A stretch of DNA of 64,000 bases from the human T2T-CHM13v2.0 reference genome, Homo sapiens (GCF_009914755.1 NC_060926.1); one strand, 5' to 3'. Positions 1 to 16,030 are shown, counted from the first letter of the stretch. Program-made: numbers and translations. The notes: generated from the letters alone by a model not told the origin.

Positions 1-660
<660 letters not shown>

Positions 661-663
661 ACT

Positions 664-1727
<1,064 letters not shown>

Positions 1728-1800
1728 ATCATCTGGCACCCACACATGGGGCCTCAGAGAAGACTCAGGGTCACACTATACATTTAAAAATGGTTAAGAT

Positions 1801-2092
1801 GACCAGGCACGGTGGCTCACACCTGTAATCCCAGCACTTTGGGAGGTGAGGTGGGTGGATCACTCGAGGTCAGGAGTTCGAGACCAGCCTGGGCAACATG
1901 GTGAAACCCCATCTCTATTAAAAATACAAAAGTTAGCCAGGCATGATGGTGCATGCCTATAATCCCAGCTACTCAGGAGGCTGAGACAGGAGAATCACTT
2001 GAACCCAGTTGGCAGAGGTTGCAGTGAGCCACTGTACTCCAGCCTGGAAGACAGAGCAAGACTCTGTCGCAAAATAAAAAAAGAAAAAAAAA
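1801..2092 (+). mobile_element. Alu (AluS-type)
   Basis: Alu consensus with A-tail; TSD atggttaagatg. Confidence 0.96.
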
Positions 2093-2664
2093 GATGGTTA
2101 AGATGATATATTGTGTTATGCGTTTTTAACACAATAAAAAATAAATTATTAATTGAAAACAATGCAAATATCCATCAGCAGGGAATTGGTTATGCTAGAG
2201 CTATACAATAAAGTAGCTATCACAAATGATAATACTGGTATCTATTCAGCCACAACCATAGCCCACTGTTGCAAGTTTTTTCAATTTAAAAAAAGCAAAG
2301 CATTATATCATTAAAACATGTGTCCATACCTGTAACTAAAGACAGAGATATGTGTAAACAGTGGCATCTCTTGGTAATAGAATTGCAGATGACCTTTACT
2401 TTCTTTTTTACATTTTCCCGTGTGGACTAAGTATTACGTACATGGCAAAAGATGGCTTACAAGAGGAAGTGACTGCCACCATTGGCTCCAGAATCCTGGG
2501 ATGGAATTTTGTTTCCCTCATCATTATGTGTCTGGCACACGTTGAAGGATTAATAAAAATTTGAAAGGCAAGATGAATAGTGGTTAAGAGTTCAGGAATT
2601 AGACAGGCCTGGATATGAATCTCAACTCAAATTTATTTAATAGGGGCCTCAGACCTTAAAGCTC

Positions 2665-2970
2665 TTTTTTTTTTTTTTGTGGTTTGTTTGAGACAGAGTC
2701 TCCTGTGTTGCCCCAGGCTGGAGTGCAGTGGCTCAATCACAGCTCATTGCAGCTTTGACCTCCTGGGCCCCAGCGATTCCCTCACCTCAGCCTCCTGTGT
2801 AGCTGGACCACAGTTGTGCACCACTACGCCCAGCTAATTTTTTTATTTTTTGTAGAGACTGAAATTTCCTATGTTGCCCAGGCTGGTCTAGAACTGCTAG
2901 ACTCAAGTGATTCTCTTGCCTTGACATCTTAAAGTGCTGGGATTACAGGTATGAGCCACCAGGTCAGACC
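2665..2970 (-). mobile_element. Alu (AluJ-type) within a MIR-like fragment
   Basis: cacagctcattgcagctttgacctcctggg (J-type); flanks resemble MIR. Confidence 0.9.
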
Positions 2971-3944
2971 TCTACAAGTCTTATTTACCTTCATTGAGCC
3001 TCACTTTCTTCAAATATAAAAATGTCAAGAAGACTTACAGTTTGTCATAAGGAAAATGTACTTATCACACATAACATCATTTCTGGCTCAGACGAAACTC
3101 AATAAAATGATGGCCATCATTACTATTTAGTGACTAGATTTACACTGGAAGAACTCCTGACACAAACAAATAAAAAAAAAAACTAAGCATCTACAGTAGA
3201 CTGCATTGCTAAATTATCACTGAATATCCTAATTGCATTAAAAAGCAAGAGACAACACTTTGCCTGGTAGATCTACAAAAATGTCTTGCTGCAAGGTATG
3301 GTTACATTCCTATATCTAGCAGGATTACACTATAAAATTTACCATCTTACTTTGTATACAAACATCACTCGTTAGTATTGGACACAGATTAGTGCTTTAG
3401 TAAAAACAATGCAAAGAGGAAAACGTGCTTATTTTAATCCAAAGGTAGAATGTAAAGAAGGGACCAAATAAACATACAAAATGTGACTAAAGAAGACTTG
3501 ACTTAGAGATTGAAACAGTAAGTGACATTACAATTTTGTTTAGCCTCTCTCTTCCTCACAACTTTTGGACAAGGAGCCTGTCTTTTTAGGCACTGCTCTA
3601 CCCAAAGTCTGGTATAGTACCCAATACAGTGTTAAGCGCTCATACCATAAATACAACAGGATTTATAAGAGAAAATCTCAGTAAAATCATGGAGTAAACT
3701 GAATTAGAATTTATCTGAGAAAGTCTCAGTCAAAATAATAAAGCAAAGAGTTTAAGAATAAAGGGCACACGCATAGGGAGGGAAAAACCCTTTTCTGTAA
3801 CTTGTATCTTCTTTATTCAATCAGTTTTCCTGGGTACCTTAAATGGAATGTCCAAAAGTATACATACAGTCGCCCTTGAACTCTGAAGGAGGCATAAATC
3901 AGGGCCTTACGTGCTAAGATTATTAGGCTGTGGGCTCCATGTGG

Positions 3945-3988
3945 CCGATGAATAAAGGCATCTTTTTAGTGATGCCTTTATTCATCGG
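3945..3988. repeat. Perfect 18-bp inverted repeat with 8-nt spacer
   Basis: ccgatgaataaaggcatc (3945-3962) / gatgcctttattcatcgg (3971-3988) are exact reverse complements. Confidence 0.97.
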
Positions 3989-4020
3989 TGTATTATAGTT
4001 GGCACCCTGTAGTCACACGT

Positions 4021-4333
4021 TTTTTGTTTTTGTTTTTGTTTTGAGACGGAGTCTCGCTCTGTCACCCGAGGCTGGAGTGCAGTGGCGCGATCTCGGGTCA
4101 CTGTAACCACTTCCGAAGTTGAAGCGATTCTCCTGCCTCAGCCTCCCGTGTAGCTGGGACTACAGATCCTACAGATCTCTGCCACCACGTCCGGCTAATG
4201 TGTGTGTGTGAGTTTTTAGCAGACACAAGATTTCACCATGTTGCCCAGGCTGGTCTCGAACTCCTGACCTCAAGTAATCCTCCCGCCTCGGCCTCCCAAA
4301 GTGCTAGGATTACAGGTCTGAGCCACCGCGCCT
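4021..4333 (-). mobile_element. Alu
   Basis: Reverse Alu consensus with (GTTTTT)n tail. Confidence 0.93.
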
Positions 4334-4468
4334 GTCTGCCACTCGTTTAATAAATGGTCGTTACTCAAAGAGTGGTGATGGGGCCACTCTTGATTATCAA
4401 TCCTTCAAACAGAAAAGCCCTTTTCTGTGACTCTTTTCCTTCCAAGCTGACTTTAGAAGTGTGTTTGT

Positions 4469-4748
4469 GGCCGGGCGCGGTGGCTCACGCCTGTAATCCC
4501 AGCACTTTGGGAGGCCAAGGTGGGCGGATCACGAGGTCAGGAGATCGAGACCATCCTGGCCAACATGGTGAAACCCCGTCTCTACTAAAAATACAAAAAA
4601 TTAGCTGGGCTGAGTGGCGCGCGCCTGTAATCCCAGCTACTCCGGAGGCTGAGACAGGAGAATGGCGTGAATCAGTGAGCCAAGATCCCACCACTGCACT
4701 CCAGCCTGGGGACAGAGCAAGACTCCGTCTCAAAAAAAAAAAAAAAAA
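4469..4748 (+). mobile_element. Alu (AluSc/Y-like, small right-arm deletion)
   Basis: ggccgggcgcggtggctcacgcc..ggatcacgaggtcaggagatcgagaccatcc; poly-A; TSD ~aagtgtgtYtgt. Confidence 0.97.
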
Positions 4749-5111
4749 GTGTGTCTGTAAATGTAGTTCAGAACTTCGGAGCCCTGTCTTTACAGTTCAA
4801 ACTGACCACGCGAAGACTAAAGGCAGTAGAGGTACTTTCTACAAATTTAGCCGTGCAATCTAATAGCGAGCAGGCCGAGACGCCCGCGATTGAAGGCCGG
4901 GGTGGAGAAAGTAATAAGGGCCCTGGAAATTACCCCCATCCCATGTCACCCACTCTTTCTTAAAATGCCATTAAATTCCGTTCAACTTTTTATCTCCCAT
5001 GCAAGAAACTAGCGACTTGCCAGCCACGCCACTTCCAGCCAGTCACACCTGGCGTATTCGCCGCAGAATCTCCAACTCCCGCCACAGGTTTGGGACGTGT
5101 CCGCCCCTAAG

Positions 5112-5123
5112 CGGAAGTGACGT
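5112..5123 (+). promoter_or_regulatory. ETS-CRE composite element (GABPA/CREB)
   Basis: CGGAAGTGACGT matches the known ETS-CRE overlapping motif; preceded by a GC box. Confidence 0.75.
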
Positions 5124-5358
5124 TCAACGGGACAACGTGAAAGTAGATGAGTTTAAATACGTACTAATAATTTAAAACCCCTATGGTATTTTGAGGAAAC
5201 TCTTCCGGCTACCCTTCTTCCATCACTTCTCTCCCGTTAGGGTTGCGAAAAGGGCTCTGTACAGCCTCGCGACAACTCGTTCTCCGCCCTAATTTCAAGT
5301 CATTCAAAACTCTGTCCCTTTTCATTGGCTGAAGCGGCGGCATGGGTACCTCTCAGGA

Positions 5359-5440
5359 ACTACAATTCCAGCCAAGCACCGCGACAAGTGAACGGAGGAG
5401 AAGTTATGAGTAGGGGAAAAGCATGTTGGGAATCGTAGTC
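5359..5440. promoter_or_regulatory. Pair of oppositely oriented ZNF143/THAP11-type (ACTACA..TCCCA) motifs
   Basis: actacaattccagccaagcac (+, 5359-5379) and gcatgttgggaatcgtagtc (5421-5440; reverse complement gactacgattcccaacatgc). Confidence 0.75.
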
Positions 5441-5649
5441 CGCTCCAGGCCGAAAAGAGCAATCACCCCGCCCTCCGCCACTGAAGCTGGAGAAACCAGG
5501 TGTTCGTTTCAGAACCCGTTAGCGCTAAGGGGAGGAGCCAACCCCTTAAGCAGCATGCCTCACTTCGCCCCACATGGAGGATAATTTTCCTTTACCCCTA
5601 AAAAGCACTATAAATACCCACTGAGGAGATCTGGTTGTCTTTTAAATAC

Positions 5650-5741
5650 CTCGAGTCAGTAAAAACTCACGAAACTCCGCACCTCAGGCTCCAACTCGTG
5701 GGAAAAGGTAGCTCTTTTACAAGTGGGCAAAATGGCTGTCC
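5650..5741 (-). other. ZRANB3: Non-coding first exon of ZRANB3 (start approximate); intron 1 runs leftwards out of the window
   Basis: Minus-strand 5' UTR ggacagccattttgcccacttgtaaaagagctacc... recalled as ZRANB3; donor GAG|GTATTT after 5650 (alternative donors GAG|GTGCGG at 5683 and TTC|GTGAGT at 5671); gene identity is from memory, not a search. Confidence 0.7.
5728..5738 (+). promoter_or_regulatory. YY1 motif
   Basis: CAAAATGGCTG just downstream of the inferred minus-strand TSS, a typical YY1 position. Confidence 0.6.
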
Positions 5742-6006
5742 TCCTAGTTTTACCATTGGTTGGCTTTTGCGTCCTTCAAGGGCGGTTACTTACCACGGAT
5801 TGGTTCTTTTTCTCTTGAGGTTGGAGGAAGATTTGGCACGGCTCTCCGCGGCCTGGGAGGAGGTAAAGGGGTGGAGAGAAGACAGTTTTTTTCAAGCTTG
5901 ATTGGGCAAAACTCATGTCACTCCGGGGACGTACAACCTATGAATAGTCGGCTGCCGCTCAAAGAGAACGAAGAGGCGGGGCTAGTGCGTGGTGGGAAGG
6001 GGCGGG

Positions 6007-6156
6007 ATTCTGCCAGCCGCGGCTGCCGCTGGAGCCGGTGTCCGGGCTGGTGATGGGGTTAATTCCCTTTCGTAAGACTCTTACTTGCACCCACCCAGCC
6101 CCGCCGTCGCCCCGCCGCGCCGCGCTCCAACCGCCTCCTCCTCCTCAGTAACGCGG
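6007..6156 (+). other. R3HDM1: Non-coding first exon of R3HDM1 (start approximate)
   Basis: attctgccagccgcggctgccgctggagcc...cctcagtaacgcgg recalled as R3HDM1 5' UTR; strong donor CGG|GTAAGA at 6156/6157; ~270 bp head-to-head from the minus-strand exon. Confidence 0.8.
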
Positions 6157-6524
6157 GTAAGAGATGCCCTTCCCTCCCCCGTCCAGCTCCCCGGGAATAA
6201 CGCGCCTTGCTCCCCTCCCCCGCCCGCCAACCGGTAGCGCTAACGGAGAAGGAGGCAGGCAGGGGAGAGATGTGGTGTGTGGAAAGGTGGCCTTCCCCGC
6301 CGGGTCGTCGGCGCTTCAGCCAGGGCCTTCTGACGTCCCGCTGCTGCCAGCCCGCCGTTAGGTCGGGTTCCGAGTGAGCCAGGCTCGCCTGGCCCGCGGC
6401 TGCGGCTCCGGCTGCAGCTGCAGCCACTGCCTTGTGCCCACCGCCCCCACCCGGGGGCCATGTGAAAAGCAAACCCCTCGAGGCCTAGCGGAGGAGGCAG
6501 GGGAAAGGTTTCCGAGTCCCTGCC

Positions 6525-6725
6525 ATGGCTGCTGCTGCTGCCTCCGCGGCTGCTCTTGCAGCCCCAGGGACTCGGGAGCCAGCCACAGCAGGCCTGCCAA
6601 GAGCGTGGTACTGCTCTCTCGTGTGGCTGGCGCCGGTGCCCCGGGCTCCCCCGGCCGCCCCACGGCCGCATCCCCTGGCCTTGCACCAAGAGAATTTTCA
6701 GCTTCGACCGGTTGGTAAAATGTAG
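6525..6725 (+). CDS. Candidate uORF/small ORF (MAAAAASAAALAAPG...) in a possible alternative first exon
   Basis: Kozak gccATGG; 62 codons to a possible phase-0 donor CCG|GTTGGT (6710/6711), 66 aa if unspliced; no recognisable homology. Confidence 0.2.
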   Translation: MAAAAASAAALAAPGTREPATAGLPRAWYCSLVWLAPVPRAPPAAPRPHPLALHQENFQLRPVGKM

Positions 6726-7685
6726 GTACATTTTCCCTGTGGTACCAGAAAAAGCACAATGGGAATATTAAAAAGAAAGTTGAATGACTGTCAGTGCCAC
6801 GGTCCCCCGGGATCAGATTTACACACGTTTTGATTCCTGAGCCTTAGGCTGCCAACAAATCTTTGTGGGCTTTGAAGTTTTTTGGTGTTTTGTTTTCTTT
6901 TGTTGCTGTGACTAGGTGCAAAGGGTGACTCTGTTGAGCTTGTTTTTATAAAGAAACTTAAATTATTGGGACTATCATGCTCCGTGTGTAATTGTCCTGG
7001 GATAGTTAAGTAAAAGGTGAAGAAGAGGTGCTTTCCAAATTAGGATTAGTGAACAGCAAATGGTTTTTCTAATAAAATTTTCTAAATATATATATATATA
7101 TCTTCATGGTTATAGTTTACCTAATTGTAACTGTAAGAAACCTTTTTTAGCTTAAATATCATTGATGACAAAAACTTTTAAATGAAAAGATGATTAAAGT
7201 CAAACTGAAAGTCTACCCATTTATAATATGTGAAACAAGATCTTCTAAGTAATAGGATACCAGTCTGACAGGAATAATTGGACACGTCTCAATTTCTAAA
7301 AATTTGGCATATTTGGCTATTTTTAGGGCATTCTGTTATGATTTCTTCATCACATTTTGATGGAGTACGCTCGTCTTTTCAAATACCACTCTGCTTTTAT
7401 GCCTGGAAGAATATGTCTTTAAATCATGGATTCTATAGTCTGTAGTAGACATAACTGTGATCAGAGATAAAATTCTAGGCCCATTTCTGAGGTTTACTTG
7501 TTAGCAGAATAAACTTGGGTTCTGAGGAAACATCTGAGTTTTGATCATTTCTTCAGGGTTTGAGAAGACTATGGTGGCTTAATGATCTTCTGTATTCCAT
7601 AACTAGTACACCTAGTTACAGAATTGACATAGATACATTCAGGTCCTGGAGGAAATTTGTGGTATCTATTAAAAAAATGAAAATT

Positions 7686-7820
7686 GCCAGTCATGTAGTA
7701 GTCACCTGTAGTCCCTGCTACTCAGGAGTGTGAGGTGAGAGGATCACTTGAGCCCAGGAGTTCAAGGCCAGCCTAGGCAATATAGCAGAACATGGTCTCA
7801 AAAAAATAAAGAAATAAATA
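7686..7820 (+). mobile_element. FLAM/Alu monomer
   Basis: cacctgtagtccctgctactcaggag..gagttcaaggccagcctaggcaatatagc plus A-rich tail. Confidence 0.85.
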
Positions 7821-7989
7821 CACAGCCTTGGAAGGCAAGTCCCCTGAGATCCCCACAGAGTTCCTGTAACATATATTGCCAGCTGCCAGCATAGTATTTT
7901 CCAGAACTTAAGAGTTAATTGATAAATTATACAATCGATACTTTCAGATCTTGGGTGATTTATATAGAGAAAGAGCTGTTGAAAATTTA

Positions 7990-8495
<506 letters not shown>

Positions 8496-9741
8496 CATAT
8501 TTAGAGAATGGGTTTGTTGTTCATATGCTGAGGGTGTTGTTGCAGCCTTAGAACACATTCTGTTACTGAAGAGTACCATGGGTGTATTAATTTATATAGT
8601 GACTTAAGCACAGTTTGCGACTAGTTATTTTTGATTAGCTTATGGAAGTTTTTTTGACTTTGAATTAAAATGCAAGTGTCTGTGGAATACATTTCAAATG
8701 GATTATTGGGAATAAAAATTAGTGTACTCCATGTAGTGGTTAACTATTGTAATATCTTTTAAATTTTATTTAGCTGTTAAATGTTTCAAGCTCTAGTTTA
8801 TATACTTGCTATCCATATTCATTGTGCTACCAGATGACATTTGAACTGTTTAATACAGAGTTAAGATTAAGCAAATCATTTGAAATTGTTACAACCATAT
8901 GTGACTACAGTTTTGTTGCTGTTCTTTTTAATTCTCCTTATTTATCAACACTTGAGTGTTTCTTTTCTGTGAAACAACTTGTGAGAGGTGCTATTCCTTT
9001 CTCTTCAGAGGCATTTCTGAAAATTTACTGAGTCTTCACATATAATAGTGTTCTTGGAATTTGTATAGTTAAACAAATTTAAGGTTAGCATGAAGACAGT
9101 TATATTATGAAGTCTTTCTGACAGGAATGTCCAGTCAGGGTTCAAGACAAGCTGCACCTTATGCAAAATAACGAGGTGAGGTATATATATGGTGGGCCTC
9201 CGAAGTCATTGAACCTGGTACAAATGGGTGCTTCTCCAAAGAGGTCTTACATGACAGTAGCAATAGAAAATTATATAAACTTGAAATAAGCTTTGTCAAA
9301 TATTATGCAGAAGATGTGCATTGCCATGCCTTGCAAGTAATAGGGTTTTTTTTCTTCTTTTTTGAACTGGTACTTTAATATACCTAATTACATCCATTTG
9401 AGTTAGTATTAAGTTTTAATTTCTCAGAAATAAAGTAGTGAAAATTGGTAGCAGTTTTGTTTTTCCCATTCTTGAGAATATTACAGTGATAAACAAGGCT
9501 TGATAGGTTTGTAAAATACTATTGCTATTTGAATTAAAAAATTTCACTATTGACTTTCCATATTCTATTGTAAATAAGTTGGGGAATTAGTGTGTCAAGG
9601 GGGTGTGGTAACAAATGGTAATGTAATTTTCAAATTGCTATTGCAGCACCAAACCACAGAATCAATACTCTGTCTTTATAACCACATTTGCATATAGGGA
9701 TAATAATTTATTTCTTATAACTTAAGATAACTAAAATGAAG

Positions 9742-10095
<354 letters not shown>

Positions 10096-10659
10096 TCAGT
10101 TTTTTCTCAGTATAATTGTAAACTTTAAAAAAAATTAAATCATCTTCCACTTAATCCCCGAGACTTCCCATAATGTTTAGTAATACGGACATGTGCAAAG
10201 AATTAAATCGTATAATTAAACAAAATTTTGTCAAGTTAACTTTGCTTCTCAAATAAGGAAGTTATATAATTAAACACATTTGCTTGTACCTAATGAGACG
10301 TTAGCATCAACATGACTGTATATCATTTCCAGAATTTAATTCAATTAGTTATTGGCTGAGGGATGAAATAGAGATGAAACTAAATCCTGGCCTCAAACTA
10401 GTTTTGTACCTTATTTTCCAGCAATTTGGTTTTTTTATATCTAGATTTTATCTTTACTATTTTCCCTCATCTTACCCATTCTTAGTCTCCATACACACCT
10501 ATTAACTTTAATTTCCTTTTCTGAGAATTTTGAAAGCCCTATAGTTTATGATCTTTTTTCCCTCTTTGCCTTGTGAATTTTATATTTGTGAGTTTTTTCC
10601 AAATTTCTACCTGTCAGCTCACTTCTTTAGGCAAGGTGTAAGGTTTTTGAGCCCCCTTA

Positions 10660-10970
10660 TTTCATTTTTTATTTTTTTAAGAGACAGGGATTCACCCTGT
10701 CACCCAGACTGGAGTGCAGCGACAGGATCATAGCTCACCACAGCCTTGAACTCTGAGGCTCAAGGGAGCTTCCCATCTTATGCTCCCAAGTAACTACGAC
10801 TACAAACTTGTCACTAGGACTACAGGCATATGGCTAATTTTTTAATTTAGTAGAGACAGGTTCTTACTGTGTTACCCAGGCTGGTCTCCCACCTCCTGGG
10901 CGCAAGCAATCCTCCTGCCTTAGCCTGCCAAAGTGCTGGAATTACAGGCATAAGCCACTGCACCCAGCCT
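10660..10970 (-). mobile_element. Alu (AluJ-type)
   Basis: gatcatagctcaccacagccttgaac.., diverged reverse Alu. Confidence 0.9.
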
Positions 10971-11261
10971 ATTTCATAAATAGTGGATTGCACAGCATGT
11001 TTAAATCATGTTTGCTTTACTAAAGTTTTTATCTACAACTCCCTATAACAACTTCATCTGCAAAAGAAATTAGGTAGAGAAAATAAACTACATTTGTTTT
11101 TATTCTTGACCATTCTCGAGAGGGAATAACTTGATATTGTCTGATCTAAGCGTTTAAAATAGTGAATTTGACTTGTCACAACATTAGTTTGATGAAAGAC
11201 AAATATAAATTACTTTTGTGGGTTAGTTGTACAATTAACTTTGCTAACCTGTCCTATAAGG

Positions 11262-11572
11262 CAGAGGTCCCCAACCCTTAGGAGCTGGGCCACACAGCAG
11301 GAGGTGTGCAGTGGACCGGTGAACATCACCACCTGAGCTCTGCCTCCTGTCAGATCAGCGGTGGCATTAGATTCTCATAGGATTGCAAACCTTACTGTGA
11401 ACTGCGCATGCAAGGGATCTGGGTTGCGTGCTTCTTATGAGAATCTAATGCCTGATGATCTGAGGTAGAACAGTTTCATCCCATAACCATCCTCCTCACC
11501 GCCTGCACCATCTGGGGAAAAATTATTTTCCACCAAACAGGTCCCTGGTGCCAAAAAGGTTGGGGACTGCTG
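11262..11572. mobile_element. MER1B (hAT-Charlie non-autonomous DNA transposon)
   Basis: TIRs cagaggtccccaacc / ggttggggactgctg; internal ctcctgtcagatcagcggtggcattagattctcatagg; imperfect 8-bp TSD ctataagg/ctcttagg. Confidence 0.9.
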
Positions 11573-11800
11573 CTCTTAGGACAGAAAGAAAGAAGTTCCA
11601 TAACTAGAGTAAAATATCACCTTACAGTATGAGGTAGCTTAACTGTGGATTTACTTTGTTACCTTGCCCCTCAGTGGGGAGAGAAGCTCTGGAATTTAAA
11701 AAAAAAAAAAAAAAAAGTCTTACTGTTGTGAAGTCAAAATTCTTTGTACGTGTATGCAACATGTATACAAAACAATAGCTAAAGTGAGCATTAGTCTGTC

Positions 11801-12121
<321 letters not shown>

Positions 12122-12133
12122 TAGTGAGCCCTT

Positions 12134-12345
12134 ATTTTATTTTATTTTATTTTATTTTATTTTATTTTATTTTATTTTATTTTATTTTATTTTATTTTAC
12201 TTAGAGTCTCACTCTGTCGCCCAGGGTGGAGTGCAGTGGTGCAGTCTCGGCTCACTGCAACCTCCGCCTTCTGAGCTCAAGCAATTCTCCTGCCTTAGCC
12301 TCCCTAGTAGCTAGGATTACAGGCATGAGCCACCGCACCCAGTGG
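12134..12345 (-). mobile_element. Alu right-arm fragment with (TTTTA)n tail
   Basis: (TTTTA)n run then agagtctcactctgtcgcccagg. Confidence 0.92.
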
Positions 12346-12516
12346 GTTCTCATTTTAAAAACGTTCTTGGGAAAGATGCTTCCTTCATACAGAACTACTG
12401 AGTATCTGTTTGTTTTTTACTGGGAACAACCCAAATGTCCTTCGCTGCGTGAATTATTGAACTGTGATACATCCATACCATGGAATACTATGCTGCCTTA
12501 AAAAAGGAACAAACTG

Positions 12517-14028
<1,512 letters not shown>

Positions 14029-14964
14029 TATTGATACAGCAACTAGAATGGATCCCAAAAGAATTGCAGGCACACCTAGGAGATACTGCGAGTTCAGTTC
14101 CAGACAACCATGAAAAAGCGAGTCATATACATTTTTGGGTACCCTGGTGCATTTAAAAGTTAGGTTTACTACTGATGTTATCATTTGAAAAAAAAAAGAG
14201 TTTTATACAATTCTGTAGTCTATTTAAAGTGTGAAGAGCATTATGTCTAAAAAATGCACATATCTTAATTTTTAAATATTGCTAAAAAATTTTAATCATC
14301 TGAGCCTTCAGCAGGTTGTAATCTTTTTGCTGGTGGAGAGTCTTGCTTCAGTGTTGGTGGCTGCTGACCCATCAAGATGGTGGTTGCTGAAGGTTGGAGT
14401 GGCTGTGGCAATATCTGAAAATAAGACAACAATGAAAACAATGTCCACGTTGATGGACACTTCCTTTCATGGAAGATTTCTCGATAGCATGTGCTGCTAT
14501 TTGAAAGCATTTTACCCCCAGTAGAACTTCTTTCAAAATTGTAGTGAATCCTCTCCAATTTTCCTACTAATTTACAACTAAGTTTGTGTAATATTCTAAA
14601 TCCTTTGTTGCTATTTCAACAATGCTAACAGAAATAGACTTACCAGGAGTAGAGTCCATCTCAAGAAACCACATTCTTTGCTCATCCGTAATCATGAACA
14701 AATAATGATATCATGAGCAGCAATTCAAGCACATCTTCAGGCCCCATTTCTGAATCTAGTTCTCTTACTGTTTCCACCACATCTGTAGTTACTTTATCCA
14801 GGGTAGTCTTGAACCCCTCCAAGTCATCCATAAAGGTTGAAATCGATTTCTTCCACACTCTTGTTGATATTTTGTAACTTCACAGATGCGTAGGTGGTCA
14901 AAAAATAAAAATCTTTAAAAGTTGATATTTTGACCTCCTCCCATGAATCACAAATATTCTTTTA

Positions 14965-15237
14965 AGACATGGAGGTGTTGCTCTGTTGCCCAGGTTGGAG
15001 TGTAGTGCTGCTGTCATAGCTTATTGTAACCTTGAACTTTGGGGCTCAAGCAGTTCTCCCACCTCAGTGCTGGTGCATGCCACCACATCCGTCTATTTTT
15101 ATTTATTTATTTATTTATTTTTGTAGGGACAGGGTCTTGCTCGTAGCCCAGGCTGGTCTCAAACTCCTGGCCTCAAGCAGTCCTTCTGCCTCAGCCTCCC
15201 AGAGTGTTGGGATTATAGGCATGAGCCACCATGCCCA
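14965..15237 (-). mobile_element. Alu (AluJ-type) inside Tigger1
   Basis: Diverged reverse Alu. Confidence 0.9.
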
Positions 15238-15727
15238 CAAATGTTGTTAATGGCATCTAGCGTGATGAATCCTTTCCAGAAGGTTTTCAGCTTACTTTAC
15301 CCAGTTGCATCAGAGGAATTACTATCTTTGGCGGCCATGTAGCCTTACAAAGTGTATTTCATAAATATGAGACTTAAAAATAGAAATTAATCCTTGATAC
15401 ATGGGCTGAAAAATACATGTGTTAGCAGTCAAAGGAACATTCATTCTTTTTACATCTCCATCAGAGCTCTTGGGTGACAAGGTAAATTATCAACGAACAG
15501 TAAGTTTTTTAAAAGGAGTCTTTTTTTTCTGAGCAGTAGGTGTCAACAGAGGGTTTTAAGTATTCGTAAATAGCATATCTGTTGTAAACAGATGTGCTGT
15601 CATCCAGGCTTTGTTTCATTTATAGAGCACAGGCAGAGTACTTTTAGCATAGTTCTTAATGGCCCTAGGATTTTCAGAAGGTTAAATGAGCGCTGTCTTC
15701 AACTTAAAGTTAAGTATCTGCATTAGC

Positions 15728-16030
15728 TTCTTTTTTTTTTGGAGACAGAGTCTTGCTCTGTCACCCAGGCTGGAGTGCAGTAGCGCAATCTCGGCTCACT
15801 GCAAGCTCCGCCTCCCGCCTCCTGGGTTCACATCATTCTCCTGCCTCAGCCTCCTGAGTAGCTGGGACTACAGGCGCCCGCCACCATGCCCGGCTAATTT
15901 TTTTTTATTTTTAGTAGAGACGAGGTTTCACCTTGTTAGCCAGGATGGTCTTGATCTCCTGACCTCGTGATCAGCCTGCCTCTGCCTCCCAAAGTGCTGG
16001 GATTACAGGCGTGAGCCACCGTGCCCAGCC
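15728..16030 (-). mobile_element. Alu (AluY-like) inside Tigger1
   Basis: cactgcaagctccgcc, ttagccaggatggtcttgatctcctgacctcgtgatc. Confidence 0.95.

Larger units (their letters stand above)
4860..6810. promoter_or_regulatory. CpG island / bidirectional promoter (ZRANB3 <- -> R3HDM1)
   Basis: High GC and CpG density; ATTGG/CCAAT boxes (~5324, ~5755, ~5800, ~5901), GC boxes (~5974, ~6000), YY1 motif, ETS and ZNF143 motifs; splice donors pointing outward on both strands. Confidence 0.92.

Noticed and set aside
5635-6771. Multiple overlapping 65-163 aa ORFs on both strands in the CpG island
   Set aside because: Stop codons are rare in GC-rich DNA; most start at non-ATG codons and none shows homology. 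Only the strong-Kozak 6525 ORF was kept as a low-confidence candidate.
14292-14558. Transposase-like ORF as a possible domesticated TIGD gene
   Set aside because: Only a short C-terminal remnant inside an internally deleted, Alu-interrupted Tigger1.
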